Source: an uncultured Actinomycetota bacterium (GTDB lineage: Bacteria > Actinomycetota > Actinomycetes > Streptosporangiales > Streptosporangiaceae). From it: 64,000 bases of DNA. A program made the translations under genes and the position numbers. Below, one piece after another: positions 6,710 through 15,136 of this stretch. Where the stretch lies: contig CAWJLP010000005.1 of NCBI GenBank assembly GCA_963843745.1, forward strand, positions 214,014 through 278,013, read 5' to 3'. The stretch's first letter is position 1. Each line of letters begins with the position of its first letter. Below the pieces are notes generated by a model, which was given only the letters and a program-made list of their open reading frames with translations, was not told the origin of the DNA and did not search any database.

Positions 6710-9655
6710 CTAGCCCGGTACGGCTCGCACGAAATTCCTGATAAGCGCCGCGCCGTGCGTGGTGAGGATCGACTCCGGGTGGAACTGGACGCCCTCGACC
6801 GGGGCGCTGACGTGCCGCAGCCCCATTGGCAGGCCGTCGCTTCTTGCTGTTATCACAAGGTCGGCGGGCAGCGTGTGCTCGTCGACGATGAGCGAGTGGT
6901 AGCGGGTGGCCTGGAAGGGGCTGGGCAGGCCCGCCAGCACGCCCGCGCCGTCGTGGGTGACCGCGAAGGCCTGGCCGTGCACCGGGCGGGGCGCCTTGAC
7001 GATGTCCGCGCCGAACGCCGCCGCTATCGCCTGGTGCCCCAGGCAGATGCCGAGCAGCGGGACCACCCCGGCGCAGCTTCGGACCACGTCGATGCTGATC
7101 CCGGCCTCGGCGGGGGCGCAGGGGCCCGGCGAGATCACCACGCCCGCCGGGGCCGCCCCGGCGACCTGGGCGGCGGTCACCTCGTCGTTGCGGACGACCT
7201 CGACCAGGCAGCCCGCGCTGTCCAGCAGGTGGGCGAGGTTCCAGGTGAACGAGTCGTAGTTGTCGATGAGGATCACGAGCGGGCCCGCGGGCCGCTTCTT
7301 GCTGTTATCACCAGTCCGGATGGCGGCGCTATTGGCGGTGTGGCCCACAGCGCCAATAGATTCGCGGTTGTGGGCCACACCGCTAATCCGGTGTGGCGCT
7401 GGCGGCGACGGGGGCGTGGCTGGCGGGCCCATTGGTGCCGGCGGGGCGAACGGCGGGTCGAAGGGGCGGGCGGCGAGGGTGGCGGCCAGACGGCGGGCCA
7501 CCGGGCCGGGGGCCCAGGACATGGCGCCGTGGTCGACGGCCGGGATTCGTCCGGCGGCGACGGGCAGGGCGTCGGTGACCGGGAGGACGGCGGCGACGGG
7601 CAGGGCGTCGGCGACCGGGAGGACGGCGGTGACCGGGAGGACGGCGGTGACCGGGAGGACGGCGGCGACCGGGAGGACGGCGGTGACCGGGAGGACGGCG
7701 GCGACCGCGTTGGTCACGAAGACCTCGCTGGCCGCCTGGAGCTGGTCGAGGGTCAGCGGCTTGAAGCCGACCTTGATCCCGCTGTCGTGCGCGGCCTGGA
7801 TAATCGCGGCCCTCGTGGTGCCGGGCAGCAGGCGGCCGTCCGCTGGCGGGGTGAGCAGCACGCCGTCGGCGACCGCGAAGAGGTTCGCCCGGTCGGTTTC
7901 GAGCAGCTCGCCGGTGTCGTCGGTGAGCAGCAGCTGCTCGCCGGGGGCCAGGCGCGCCTGGCGGGTGAGCTCGGCGAGCAGCCGGCGGTCCCGGTACTTG
8001 TGCGCGCCGATGCCGCCTGAGACGGTCACCGGGCGCAGCGCAACCGCGTCCGGCGGCGGGGCGAGCGGGACGACCTCGACGGTGGCCTGCAGCGGGCCGC
8101 CGACCGGGCGGACGGTGATCCGCAGCCGGCCCGTCGGCCGCGCGGCCAGGCACCGGGCCAGGCCGGCGGGCAGCGAGACCGGCAGGTCCTTCGCGTACAG
8201 CCGCGCGACGCTGGCGGCCAGCCGGTCCAGGTGGGCGGCGAGCCCGCGGGTCCGGCCGTCGGTAACCACGAGCGAAGTGAACACGCCGGCGGTGGGGCGC
8301 GGCGCGAGGTCGGCGGCCGGTCCCGCGGCTTCGGTGTCCAAACGGGCGCCGAGCGCGGTGAGCAGCGGGGTGGCCTTGGTGAGGCACTCGGCGTATTCGG
8401 CCGCGTCGTCGGAGTCGGCGACGATGCCGCCGCCGGCGCCGAGCCAGACCCGGCCGGCCGCGAACTCGAAGGTGCGGATCGCGACGTTGAGCTCAAGGCC
8501 CGCGACCGGCGAGCGGTAACCGATCGCGCCGGTGTAGACCTCGCGCGGCGTGGCCTCCAGTTCGTCGACGACCTCGAGGGCGCGCACCTTCGGGGCGCCG
8601 GTGACCGAGCCGGGCGGGAAGGCCGCCCGGATCAGGTCGCCGTCGGTGGCGCCGGAGCGGAGCGTGCCGCGGACCGTGGAGACGAGGTGCCAGACGCCGG
8701 GGTGCGGCTCGGCGCCGAGCAGGCTGGGCACGGTGACGCTGCCCGGGACGCAGACCCGGCTGAGGTCGTTGCGCACCAGGTCGACGATCATCACGTTCTC
8801 CGCGCGGTTCTTCGCCGAGCGCTCCAGGGCGGCCCGCTGCGCTTCGGCCTGGGCGCGGTCGGCCTGGTCGCGGGGCGCCGTGCCCTTGATGGGCTTGGAC
8901 TCGACGGCCGTGCCGGCGCGGCGCAGGAACAGCTCGGGAGAAAGGCTCGCGACCGCGCCGCCGGCCGCGGCGAGGAACGCTGCGTACGGGGGCGCCAGGG
9001 CGGCCGCCGCCTGGCAGAACGCGTCGAGCGGGTCACCGCGGAAGCTCGCCTCCGCGCGCAGGCAGATGTTGGCCTGGAAGATGTCTCCCTGCCCGATGTA
9101 CTCGACCGCCGCGCGGACCGCCGCGCGGTGCCGCGCGGGGGACGGGACCAGCCGGAAGTCGCCGCACTCGAAGGCGCCGGGGTCGGCGGACGGTTCCGCG
9201 GCCCGCCGCGACAGATCCTCGAACCGCCGCTCCATGGCCTCGCCATCGGTGCACAGCGCCTCGAAGAACCACTCCCCCGTCGCCCGGTCCCGGCGCAGCA
9301 CGTGGTCGTACCAGCCGAACCACCACGCGGGCAGCCGCCGCGCGCCGGCCGGCGGCAGCGCCTCGCCCGCGGCGCTGTATCCCAGGTAGCCGATCCACCC
9401 GCCGCCGAACGCCGGGTCCGCGCCGGCACCCCGGTCCAGCGTCGGCGTCGCGGGGAGCGCCTCGTCGAGGACGTCGTCCAGCGGCCCGCTCGCGCTGCTG
9501 CGCACCAGCCGCGGCCGGGAACCGACGATGTCGCAGCCGCCTGCCCACGCGCCGAACAAGGCCACGGGATGCGGATCCGCCCGGACCAGGCGCAGCACCT
9601 GCACGGGCGTGAGATCCCAGTTGAGCGGCCTGCGGACCAGGCGGATGTCCGGCAT
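6710..9655 (-). CDS. pabB: Single ORF joining aminodeoxychorismate synthase component I (PabB), a class-IV aminotransferase/ADC-lyase-like module (PabC) and a glutamine amidotransferase (PabA/TrpG-like)
   Basis: Lies within ORF 6710..10345; the likely start is ATG 9655 (MPDIRLVRRPLNW).
- The PabB module spans about 8300..9655 (SKPIKGTAPRD, chorismate-binding C-terminus).
- The PabC-like module spans about 7400..8290 (FTSLVVTDGRTRGL...EVFVTNAV).
- The GATase module spans 6710..7276 (ILIDNYDSFTWNL, GICLGHQ, FHPES).
- There is no in-frame stop between modules.
- An internal GTG at 7276 would give a canonical MILIDNYDSF PabA start. Confidence 0.75.
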   Translation of the reverse strand: MPDIRLVRRPLNWDLTPVQVLRLVRADPHPVALFGAWAGGCDIVGSRPRLVRSSASGPLDDVLDEALPATPTLDRGAGADPAFGGGWIGYLGYSAAGEALPPAGARRLPAWWFGWYDHVLRRDRATGEWFFEALCTDGEAMERRFEDLSRRAAEPSADPGAFECGDFRLVPSPARHRAAVRAAVEYIGQGDIFQANICLRAEASFRGDPLDAFCQAAAALAPPYAAFLAAAGGAVASLSPELFLRRAGTAVESKPIKGTAPRDQADRAQAEAQRAALERSAKNRAENVMIVDLVRNDLSRVCVPGSVTVPSLLGAEPHPGVWHLVSTVRGTLRSGATDGDLIRAAFPPGSVTGAPKVRALEVVDELEATPREVYTGAIGYRSPVAGLELNVAIRTFEFAAGRVWLGAGGGIVADSDDAAEYAECLTKATPLLTALGARLDTEAAGPAADLAPRPTAGVFTSLVVTDGRTRGLAAHLDRLAASVARLYAKDLPVSLPAGLARCLAARPTGRLRITVRPVGGPLQATVEVVPLAPPPDAVALRPVTVSGGIGAHKYRDRRLLAELTRQARLAPGEQLLLTDDTGELLETDRANLFAVADGVLLTPPADGRLLPGTTRAAIIQAAHDSGIKVGFKPLTLDQLQAASEVFVTNAVAAVLPVTAVLPVAAVLPVTAVLPVTAVLPVADALPVAAVLPVTDALPVAAGRIPAVDHGAMSWAPGPVARRLAATLAARPFDPPFAPPAPMGPPATPPSPPAPHRISGVAHNRESIGAVGHTANSAAIRTGDNSKKRPAGPLVILIDNYDSFTWNLAHLLDSAGCLVEVVRNDEVTAAQVAGAAPAGVVISPGPCAPAEAGISIDVVRSCAGVVPLLGICLGHQAIAAAFGADIVKAPRPVHGQAFAVTHDGAGVLAGLPSPFQATRYHSLIVDEHTLPADLVITARSDGLPMGLRHVSAPVEGVQFHPESILTTHGAALIRNFVRAVPG
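7329..7387 (-). promoter_or_regulatory. Two tandem imperfect palindromes (about ATTGGCG-N-TGTGGSCCACA-N-CGCCAAT) in a locally lower-GC segment just upstream of the PabA module
   Basis: attggcggtgtggcccaca (7331..7349) is the reverse complement of tgtgggccacaccgctaat (7369..7387) with one mismatch. In addition, ctattggcg (7329..7337) pairs with cgccaatag (7351..7359). Either an operator or an alternative hairpin is possible. Confidence 0.4.
7559..7702 (-). repeat. In-frame 18-bp tandem repeat x8 (hexapeptide T/A-A/D-V/A-L-P-V) inside the PabC-like module
   Basis: The plus-strand units gaccgggaggacggcgg(t/c) and gacgggcagggcgtcgg(t/c) are contiguous from 7559 to 7702. They translate as AAVLPV TAVLPV AAVLPV TAVLPV TAVLPV ADALPV AAVLPV TDALPV. 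Confidence 0.95.
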
Positions 9656-9886
9656 GCGTAGACGATAACCGGCCCGGTCCACTGCCAGCCTTGGCCCGCA
9701 GGACAAAAAGCCAGATAGGGGGCGGCTGCCCACACACAACGCGGGCGGCCCGGCCGCCACCGGCCACAAGGTAATCGCCGCGCCCGTCGTGGCAGCCACA
9801 AGGGCACGGCGGGAGCCCGAGTCAGCGACGGCGCCGGAGCGTACCATTAAGGTCACGCAGGCGGAGCCGAAGCACCGGAGGCTGCG

Positions 9887-10408
9887 ATGGGACTGCGAGC
9901 GCGGCGGCGGACCGTTGTGGTGTGGCGCTCGTCCCGGGGCCCGGCCGGCAGGTACGGCCTGACGGCGCTCCCGCGGCCCGCGAGCACCCGGCGGCTGCAC
10001 AGGCTCCTTCGCGTCAGCGGCCTGCTCACGGCCATCGGGCTGGTCCGGCTGGGACACGCGCTGCGCTTGCGCTGGCGCCCCCTGCTGGCGGGCGGGGCGC
10101 TGACCGTGACCGGCGCCGTGCTGAACGACGGACCGGGCGCCCTGGCCTTCCTCGCCGGGTTCCTGTTCCTTTTTGCCGCGCTGATCATGCATGTCAGCCC
10201 GCCCGCGGACCGCCAGCGGCGGCTGGAGCTGGAGCGCGAGCTCGCGGACTACTCGACCCCTGCCGAGCGGCGCGACCTCGAAGCGATTTTCGACCGGTAC
10301 TCGGACGGCGACACGAGCGAGCTGCGTGACATCCTCACCCGGCAAGCCGCGGCCACCGATGACAACGGGGTGCCGGGCATCGGACGGCTCCCGGTCAACC
10401 TCCGGTGA
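9887..10408 (+). CDS. Hypothetical membrane protein
   Basis: 173-aa ORF with good GC3 codon usage. It has an Arg-rich N-terminus, two hydrophobic helices (LLTAIGLVRL, GALAFLAGFLFLFAALIM) and an acidic C-terminal tail. I recognise no family. Confidence 0.6.
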   Translation: MGLRARRRTVVVWRSSRGPAGRYGLTALPRPASTRRLHRLLRVSGLLTAIGLVRLGHALRLRWRPLLAGGALTVTGAVLNDGPGALAFLAGFLFLFAALIMHVSPPADRQRRLELERELADYSTPAERRDLEAIFDRYSDGDTSELRDILTRQAAATDDNGVPGIGRLPVNLR

Positions 10409-10925
10409 CCCGGCGGCCTGCCGGTATGGCAGCAGAGACCGGCGCGCCCAGCGTGACCGGACGGCACGCGACCTGCTGCGCGAGGGACTCGAGGACCGGC
10501 AGCGCGGCCTCGAGAGCGGCGAGGTCGTCAGGGCCGAGCGAGGCGACGCACGTCGCGAGCCGGGTGGCGCCGCCTTGCCGGACGGCGTCCAGCAGCGCCG
10601 AGCCCGCGCTGGTGATCGCGATGACGCAGGCCCGGTGGTCGGCCTCGTCGGGGCGGCGCTCCAGCCAGCCGGAGGCGGCCATGATGTCCACGATCCGCGA
10701 CATGGTGGACACCTGCACCCCGAGCCTGGACGCGAAGCCGCCGAGCCGCATCGGGCCCGCGTCGGCCAGCACGGCGAGGGCGGTGAGCCGGGTGGGCGTC
10801 AGCTCGCCTCGTCCGCCGCCCGCTTTCCCCGCGTCCCTGCCCGCCTGCTTCCCGGCATGGGCCAGCAGCTGCACCGCCACGCCGAGGCGGCCGGGCAGGT
10901 CTGGCGTTGCGTCCGCGTCACTCAT
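10395..10925 (-). CDS. MarR family transcriptional regulator
   Basis: The winged-HTH core is LTALAVLADAGPMRLGGFASRLGVQVSTMSRIVDIMAASGWLERRPDEADHRACVIAITSAG. Confidence 0.85.
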   Translation of the reverse strand: MSDADATPDLPGRLGVAVQLLAHAGKQAGRDAGKAGGGRGELTPTRLTALAVLADAGPMRLGGFASRLGVQVSTMSRIVDIMAASGWLERRPDEADHRACVIAITSAGSALLDAVRQGGATRLATCVASLGPDDLAALEAALPVLESLAQQVACRPVTLGAPVSAAIPAGRRVTGG

Positions 10926-11099
10926 CGCTACCGTCCAATATTTGCGTTACACAAACTAAACTTATCCGCGCCGCGCTGTGTTCCATAGTCAGCCGGCGGA
11001 TAACTCTGAAAAGCCGGATATCACACGGTTGTCCCGCATAGCATGCCGGATGGCGGAGAGCGATCGACCTACTGGCGTTCCCGAATTAGGAGGCCGGCC

Positions 11100-12158
11100 A
11101 TGAGCAGGCGCCGGCGAATGGCCCTGCGAGTCGGCTTGCCAGCCGTCGCCGTGGTCGTCGCGTTCACGATCTCGCTGGTTGTCGCGCTGTCCAGTTCGGC
11201 CGCGCCAGTGAGCCCGTCCGCGCGCCCCACGATCCCCCTGCACCCGCAGCCGGCGCCCACCCGGGTCGTCTCGACTCAACTGTACTCCCCGTTCACCGGC
11301 GAGCCGGTCCGCGCGCTCGAGCCGGTGCTGGCGGTGAAGATCGACAACATCGTGACCGCGCGGCCGCAGACCGGGCTCCAGTCCGCCAACATCGTCTACG
11401 TCGAACCGGTCGAGGGCGGCCTCACCCGGTTCATGGCGGTGTTCTCCTCCCGCGTCCCGACGACGGTCGGCCCGGTGCGCAGCGCCCGCGAGAGCGACCT
11501 GTACCTGCTGCCGCAGTTCGGCCGCCCCGCGTTCGCCTGGTCCGGCGCGACCCCGCACCTGGTGCCGTTCATCGAGCGGGCGCATATCGCCGACCTGTAC
11601 GCGCTCCAGGTGAACGGGTACTACCGGATCTCCTCCCGGGCCGCGCCTGAGAACCTGTACGCCAACCCGCGGACCTTGCTGACGGAGGCGCCGAAGGCCA
11701 GCAAGGCCCGCGACATCGGGTTCCGGTTCGGCGCGCAGCCGGCCGGCGGGCGGGCGGCCGGGTCGTATTCGGTGAAGTACCCGGCGGCGAGCTACACCTT
11801 CCGCTGGTCGGCGAAGGCGAAGCGGTGGCTGACCTGGATCGACGGCGCGCCGGCCATGGCCACCGAGGGCGGCCAGCTCGGCGGCGCGACCGTGATCATC
11901 CAGTACGTGTATATCGGCGAGTCGCGGTTCGAGGAGTACGGCGGCCTGCCGCCGCTGGCGCGGTCGATCGGCTCAGGCACCGCGGTCATCCTGCGCAACG
12001 GCCGGGCGTACACCGTGCACTGGTCGCGGCCCAGCCTGAACAGCGGCACGACGTACACGCTGCCGGGCGGCAAGCGGATGCAGTTCGCTCCCGGCCAGGT
12101 CTGGGTCGTGCTCGCGCCGGAGAGCCACGCCAGCTACGTAAACGCCGCGCGGGTCTGA
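11100..12158 (+). CDS. DUF3048 domain protein (secreted or membrane-anchored)
   Basis: Lies within ORF 11043..12158. ATG 11100 follows AGGAGG. It has an N-terminal signal/anchor (MSRRRRMALRVGLPAVAVVVAF) and conserved LAVKIDNIVTARPQTGLQSANIVYVEPVEGGLTRFMAVF. Confidence 0.8.
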   Translation: MSRRRRMALRVGLPAVAVVVAFTISLVVALSSSAAPVSPSARPTIPLHPQPAPTRVVSTQLYSPFTGEPVRALEPVLAVKIDNIVTARPQTGLQSANIVYVEPVEGGLTRFMAVFSSRVPTTVGPVRSARESDLYLLPQFGRPAFAWSGATPHLVPFIERAHIADLYALQVNGYYRISSRAAPENLYANPRTLLTEAPKASKARDIGFRFGAQPAGGRAAGSYSVKYPAASYTFRWSAKAKRWLTWIDGAPAMATEGGQLGGATVIIQYVYIGESRFEEYGGLPPLARSIGSGTAVILRNGRAYTVHWSRPSLNSGTTYTLPGGKRMQFAPGQVWVVLAPESHASYVNAARV

Positions 12159-12238
12159 GCGGGACGGCCGGGAGCCGCCACCTTACGTTCGGACAAAAAA
12201 GTTATATTGAACGCGATGGAAGTTCATATGGCGCGCGG

Positions 12239-13686
12239 ATGAGCCCGCCCCGCTCCCGGTGGCTGACCAGGCACATTCTCCTCGACCTCACGCCGCTGCG
12301 CCGCTCGGCGGACTTCCGTGCGCTGATAGCCGGGCTCGGGGTGTCCACCTTCGGCACCCAGCTGACCGCCGTCGCGGTGCCCTACCAGGTGTACGGGCTC
12401 ACGCGCTCGTCGCTGTACGTGGGGCTGGTGTCGCTCGCGCAGCTGTTCCCGCTGATCCTCGGGTCGCTGTTCGGCGGGTCGCTCGTCGACGCGGTGGACC
12501 GGCGGCGGATGCTGCTCGTGGTCGAGGCGCTTGGCGCGGTGTCGAGTGCCGGGCTGGCGCTGAACGCGGACTTCGGTCCCGTGCTGTGGCCGCTGTTCCT
12601 GTTCCCGGCCGTGACCGCGGCGCTGAGCGGGATGGACAGCTCGGCGCGCAACGCGATGGTGCCCGGCATGGTCGGGCTGGCGGCGGTTCCGGCGGCCAAC
12701 GCGATGTTCCAGGCGCTGTTCCAGACCGGCGGGATCGTCGGGCCCGCGCTGGCCGGGCTGCTGCTCGCGGGGCCGGCGTGCGGGCGGTGTACTGGATTGA
12801 CGTCTGTAGTTACCTGGTGGCCCTGGTGGCCGTGCTGGCGATTTCCCCGCAGCCGCCGGCCCGGGGCGCGGCGGGCGCGGCGCCCGTGCGGCCCGGGTGG
12901 CGGTCGACGATGGAGGGGCTGCGGTTCGTCCGGCGGTCCCAGCCTGTGCAGGGCGCTTACCTGATCGACTTGAACGCGATGGTGTTCGGGATGCCACGGG
13001 CGCTTTTCCCCGCGCTCGCGGCGAACGTGTTCGGGGGCGGCGCGACCACCGTCGGGCTGCTGTACGCGGCGCCCGGGACCGGCGCGCTGCTCGGCGCGCT
13101 GACCAGCGGCTGGGTCGGGCGGGTGCGCCGTCAGGGGCTCGCGGTGATCTGCGCGGTCATCGTGTGGGGGCTGGCGATCGCCGGCTTCGGGCTGGTGCGG
13201 TTCCTGCCGTTGGCACTGCTGCTGCTCGCCGTCGCGGGCCTCGCGGACGTCGTGTCCGCGGTATTCCGCAATACGATCATCCAGTTCGCCGCGCCCGACG
13301 CGATGCGCGGGCGGCTGCAGGGCGTGCAGATGGCGGTGGTAGCCGGCGGGCCGCGGCTTGGCGACCTAGAGGCCGGCGTGGTGGCGACGGCGTTCGGCGA
13401 CACGGTGTCCGTGGTGTCCGGAGGGCTGGCCTGCGTGGCCGGCGCGCTGGTCGTGGCGCGGCTGCTGCCGGGGTTCAGGCACGAGCGTTCGGCTGTGGGT
13501 ACCGTGGGGCATGATGGGGTCCTCGCTGCCGCTGGCGAGGCTGTTGTGGCGGCTGGGCCTGTTGCGCCGGTTGAGTTGTGGCTGATGCGGTTGAGTCGGC
13601 TGATGCGGTTGAGTCGGCTGATGCGGTTGATAGTGCGGAGCAGGAGGCGTAACCGGCGTCCTTGCGGTGTTTGCCTGGGGCGTTAG
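12239..13686 (+). pseudogene. MFS transporter (EntS/MFS_3-like) interrupted by a frameshift near 12770..12790
   Basis: The N-terminal half (MSPPRSRWLTRHILLDLTPLRRSADFRALIAGLGVSTFGTQL...GPALAGLLLAG) is in the frame of ORF 11825..12964. The continuation (VRAVYWIDVCSYLVALVAVL...RGRLQGVQMAV...) is in the frame of ORF 12259..13686. Confidence 0.7.
13563..13634 (+). repeat. 18-bp tandem repeat (gctgatgcggttgagtcg, about 4 copies, outer ones degenerate)
   Basis: Perfect copies lie at 13581..13598 and 13599..13616, with diverged copies on both sides. In the MFS frame it translates as LMRLSRLMRLSRLMRL. It lies in the tail between the MFS core and the convergent NAT gene. Confidence 0.85.
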
Positions 13687-14558
13687 CCCACGCCGCGCGG
13701 GGCGGCGACCAGCGTGGCCAGCTCCTCGTCGGTGAAGGTCAAGCCGAAGACATCACTGAGCGAGGTGGCGAATTCCTCGTCGGTCAGCGTGCGGCGGTTC
13801 TTGACGTGGCCGGGCGTGGTGATGGTGTACATCCGGCCGACCAGGGCATGGACGGCGTCCGGGTAGCGACGGGCCACGATCGGCTGCCAGGTGAACCACG
13901 ACTCCGGGTAGGTCGCCGTGAAGTGGTTCGACAGCACCACGTCCGCCGGGTACACCGGGCGGTCCTCGTACCTGTAGAGCGTGACCCACTCGCCGGCCTG
14001 CAGCTCGCGGACCTTCCAGGTTTCTTCGGCGTCGTCGGGGGCTATCTCGTAGGTCCAGCCGTCTAGTTCCTGCGGGTCGCTAAGGTTTCTGGCGCGTAGC
14101 GCCAGCGGGCCTGGGGGCGAGTTGCCGAAGCCGACGTCGGCGAGCCAGGTCCCGCCGTCCGCCTCGACGCGCAAGGTCAGGTGCGTACGCGGGCGCACCG
14201 GCTCGCCGTCCGGGCCGACCCGCGCGAGCAGCCGGTCCACCCGGTAGCCGAGACGTTCCAGGACCGCGCCGAACAGCTGGCCTTGCTCGTAGCAGTAGCC
14301 GCCCCGGTTCGCGTAGACGAGTTTGGCTTGGATCGAGTCGAAGTCCACGCGGACGCCGCGGCCGAGCATCAGGTCCAGGTTCTCGAACGGGATGGCCGCC
14401 AGGTGCGCGCGGTGCAGCGCCGCGAGGGTGGCGGGCGACGGGTCGAGCGCGCCGTCGTACCCGATGCGCCGCAGGTAGGCGTCGAGGTCAAGGTTACGGA
14501 CGGACCACTCGTCGGGCGCCGTCGCCTCGTCGGGTGTGGTTGGCCCGGTGGCCGCCAT
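13683..14558 (-). CDS. nat: Arylamine N-acetyltransferase
   Basis: The motifs are LDAYLRRIGYDG...PSPATLAALHRAHLAAIPFENLD and the catalytic-Cys block RGGYCYEQ. Its start overlaps the doxX-like stop by 1 nt. Confidence 0.9.
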   Translation of the reverse strand: MAATGPTTPDEATAPDEWSVRNLDLDAYLRRIGYDGALDPSPATLAALHRAHLAAIPFENLDLMLGRGVRVDFDSIQAKLVYANRGGYCYEQGQLFGAVLERLGYRVDRLLARVGPDGEPVRPRTHLTLRVEADGGTWLADVGFGNSPPGPLALRARNLSDPQELDGWTYEIAPDDAEETWKVRELQAGEWVTLYRYEDRPVYPADVVLSNHFTATYPESWFTWQPIVARRYPDAVHALVGRMYTITTPGHVKNRRTLTDEEFATSLSDVFGLTFTDEELATLVAAPRGVG

Positions 14559-15136
14559 CAGGTGGCGGGCTCGGCTGGCGTGGGTGGGGCGGCCTCGTCG
14601 GCGGCGGGGGCGGGCTCGGCGGCCTCGTCGGCGGCAGGCGGGACGGCGGTGACCATCCTGGCGATCAGCGCCCCGGCGAGCGCGCCGCCGGCGAGCGCGC
14701 CGACCGTGGTCAGCTTGGGGTGCAGCGACGGGCCGATCTTGTACTTGCCCGGGCCGATCGCGGCGAGGGTGAGCGCCAGCGTGACGTAGCTGACCGGAAG
14801 CTCGATGCCGCCGCGCGCCGCCATCAGGCCGCCCTTCCTGTTGTGCGCCGCGGCGACCGACATCGCGCCGGCCACGGCGAGCGGGCCAGCCGGGTACGCG
14901 ATCCCGGTGATCGTCAGCAGGCCGCCGGTGATCTCCGTGGCCGCGGCGCTCGCGGCCATCTGCTTGCCAGGCGCGAGGCCGTTCTTCTCAAACAGCGCGC
15001 CGGCGCCTTCAAGGCCCGGCCCGTGGAACTTCCCGAGTAGCTTCTGCGAGGCGTGGATCAGCATGTACCCGCCGAGCAGCATCCTGGCGCCGAGCAGCGC
15101 AACGTCGCGCATGATGTCCTCCGAGTCGATGGCCAC
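14558..15136 (-). CDS. DoxX family membrane protein
   Basis: LLGARMLLGGYMLIHASQKLLGKFHGPG... with four hydrophobic segments and an Ala/Pro-rich tail. The start is GTG at 15136 or ATG at 15112. Confidence 0.75.
   Translation of the reverse strand: MAIDSEDIMRDVALLGARMLLGGYMLIHASQKLLGKFHGPGLEGAGALFEKNGLAPGKQMAASAAATEITGGLLTITGIAYPAGPLAVAGAMSVAAAHNRKGGLMAARGGIELPVSYVTLALTLAAIGPGKYKIGPSLHPKLTTVGALAGGALAGALIARMVTAVPPAADEAAEPAPAADEAAPPTPAEPAT

Noticed and set aside
7559-7702. The 18-bp tandem arrays (7559..7702 and 13563..13634) as possible CRISPR arrays.
   Set aside because: The units are directly contiguous with no spacers and are only 18 bp long. There are no cas genes nearby. The first array is in frame inside a conserved enzyme domain.
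9656-10345. An N-terminal extension of the pab ORF (the track gives 6710..10345, 1211 aa).
   Set aside because: The extra 230 codons are antisense to the well-formed gene 9887..10408 and have no PabB similarity. The conserved PabB N-terminus begins at ATG 9655 (MPDIRLVRRP).
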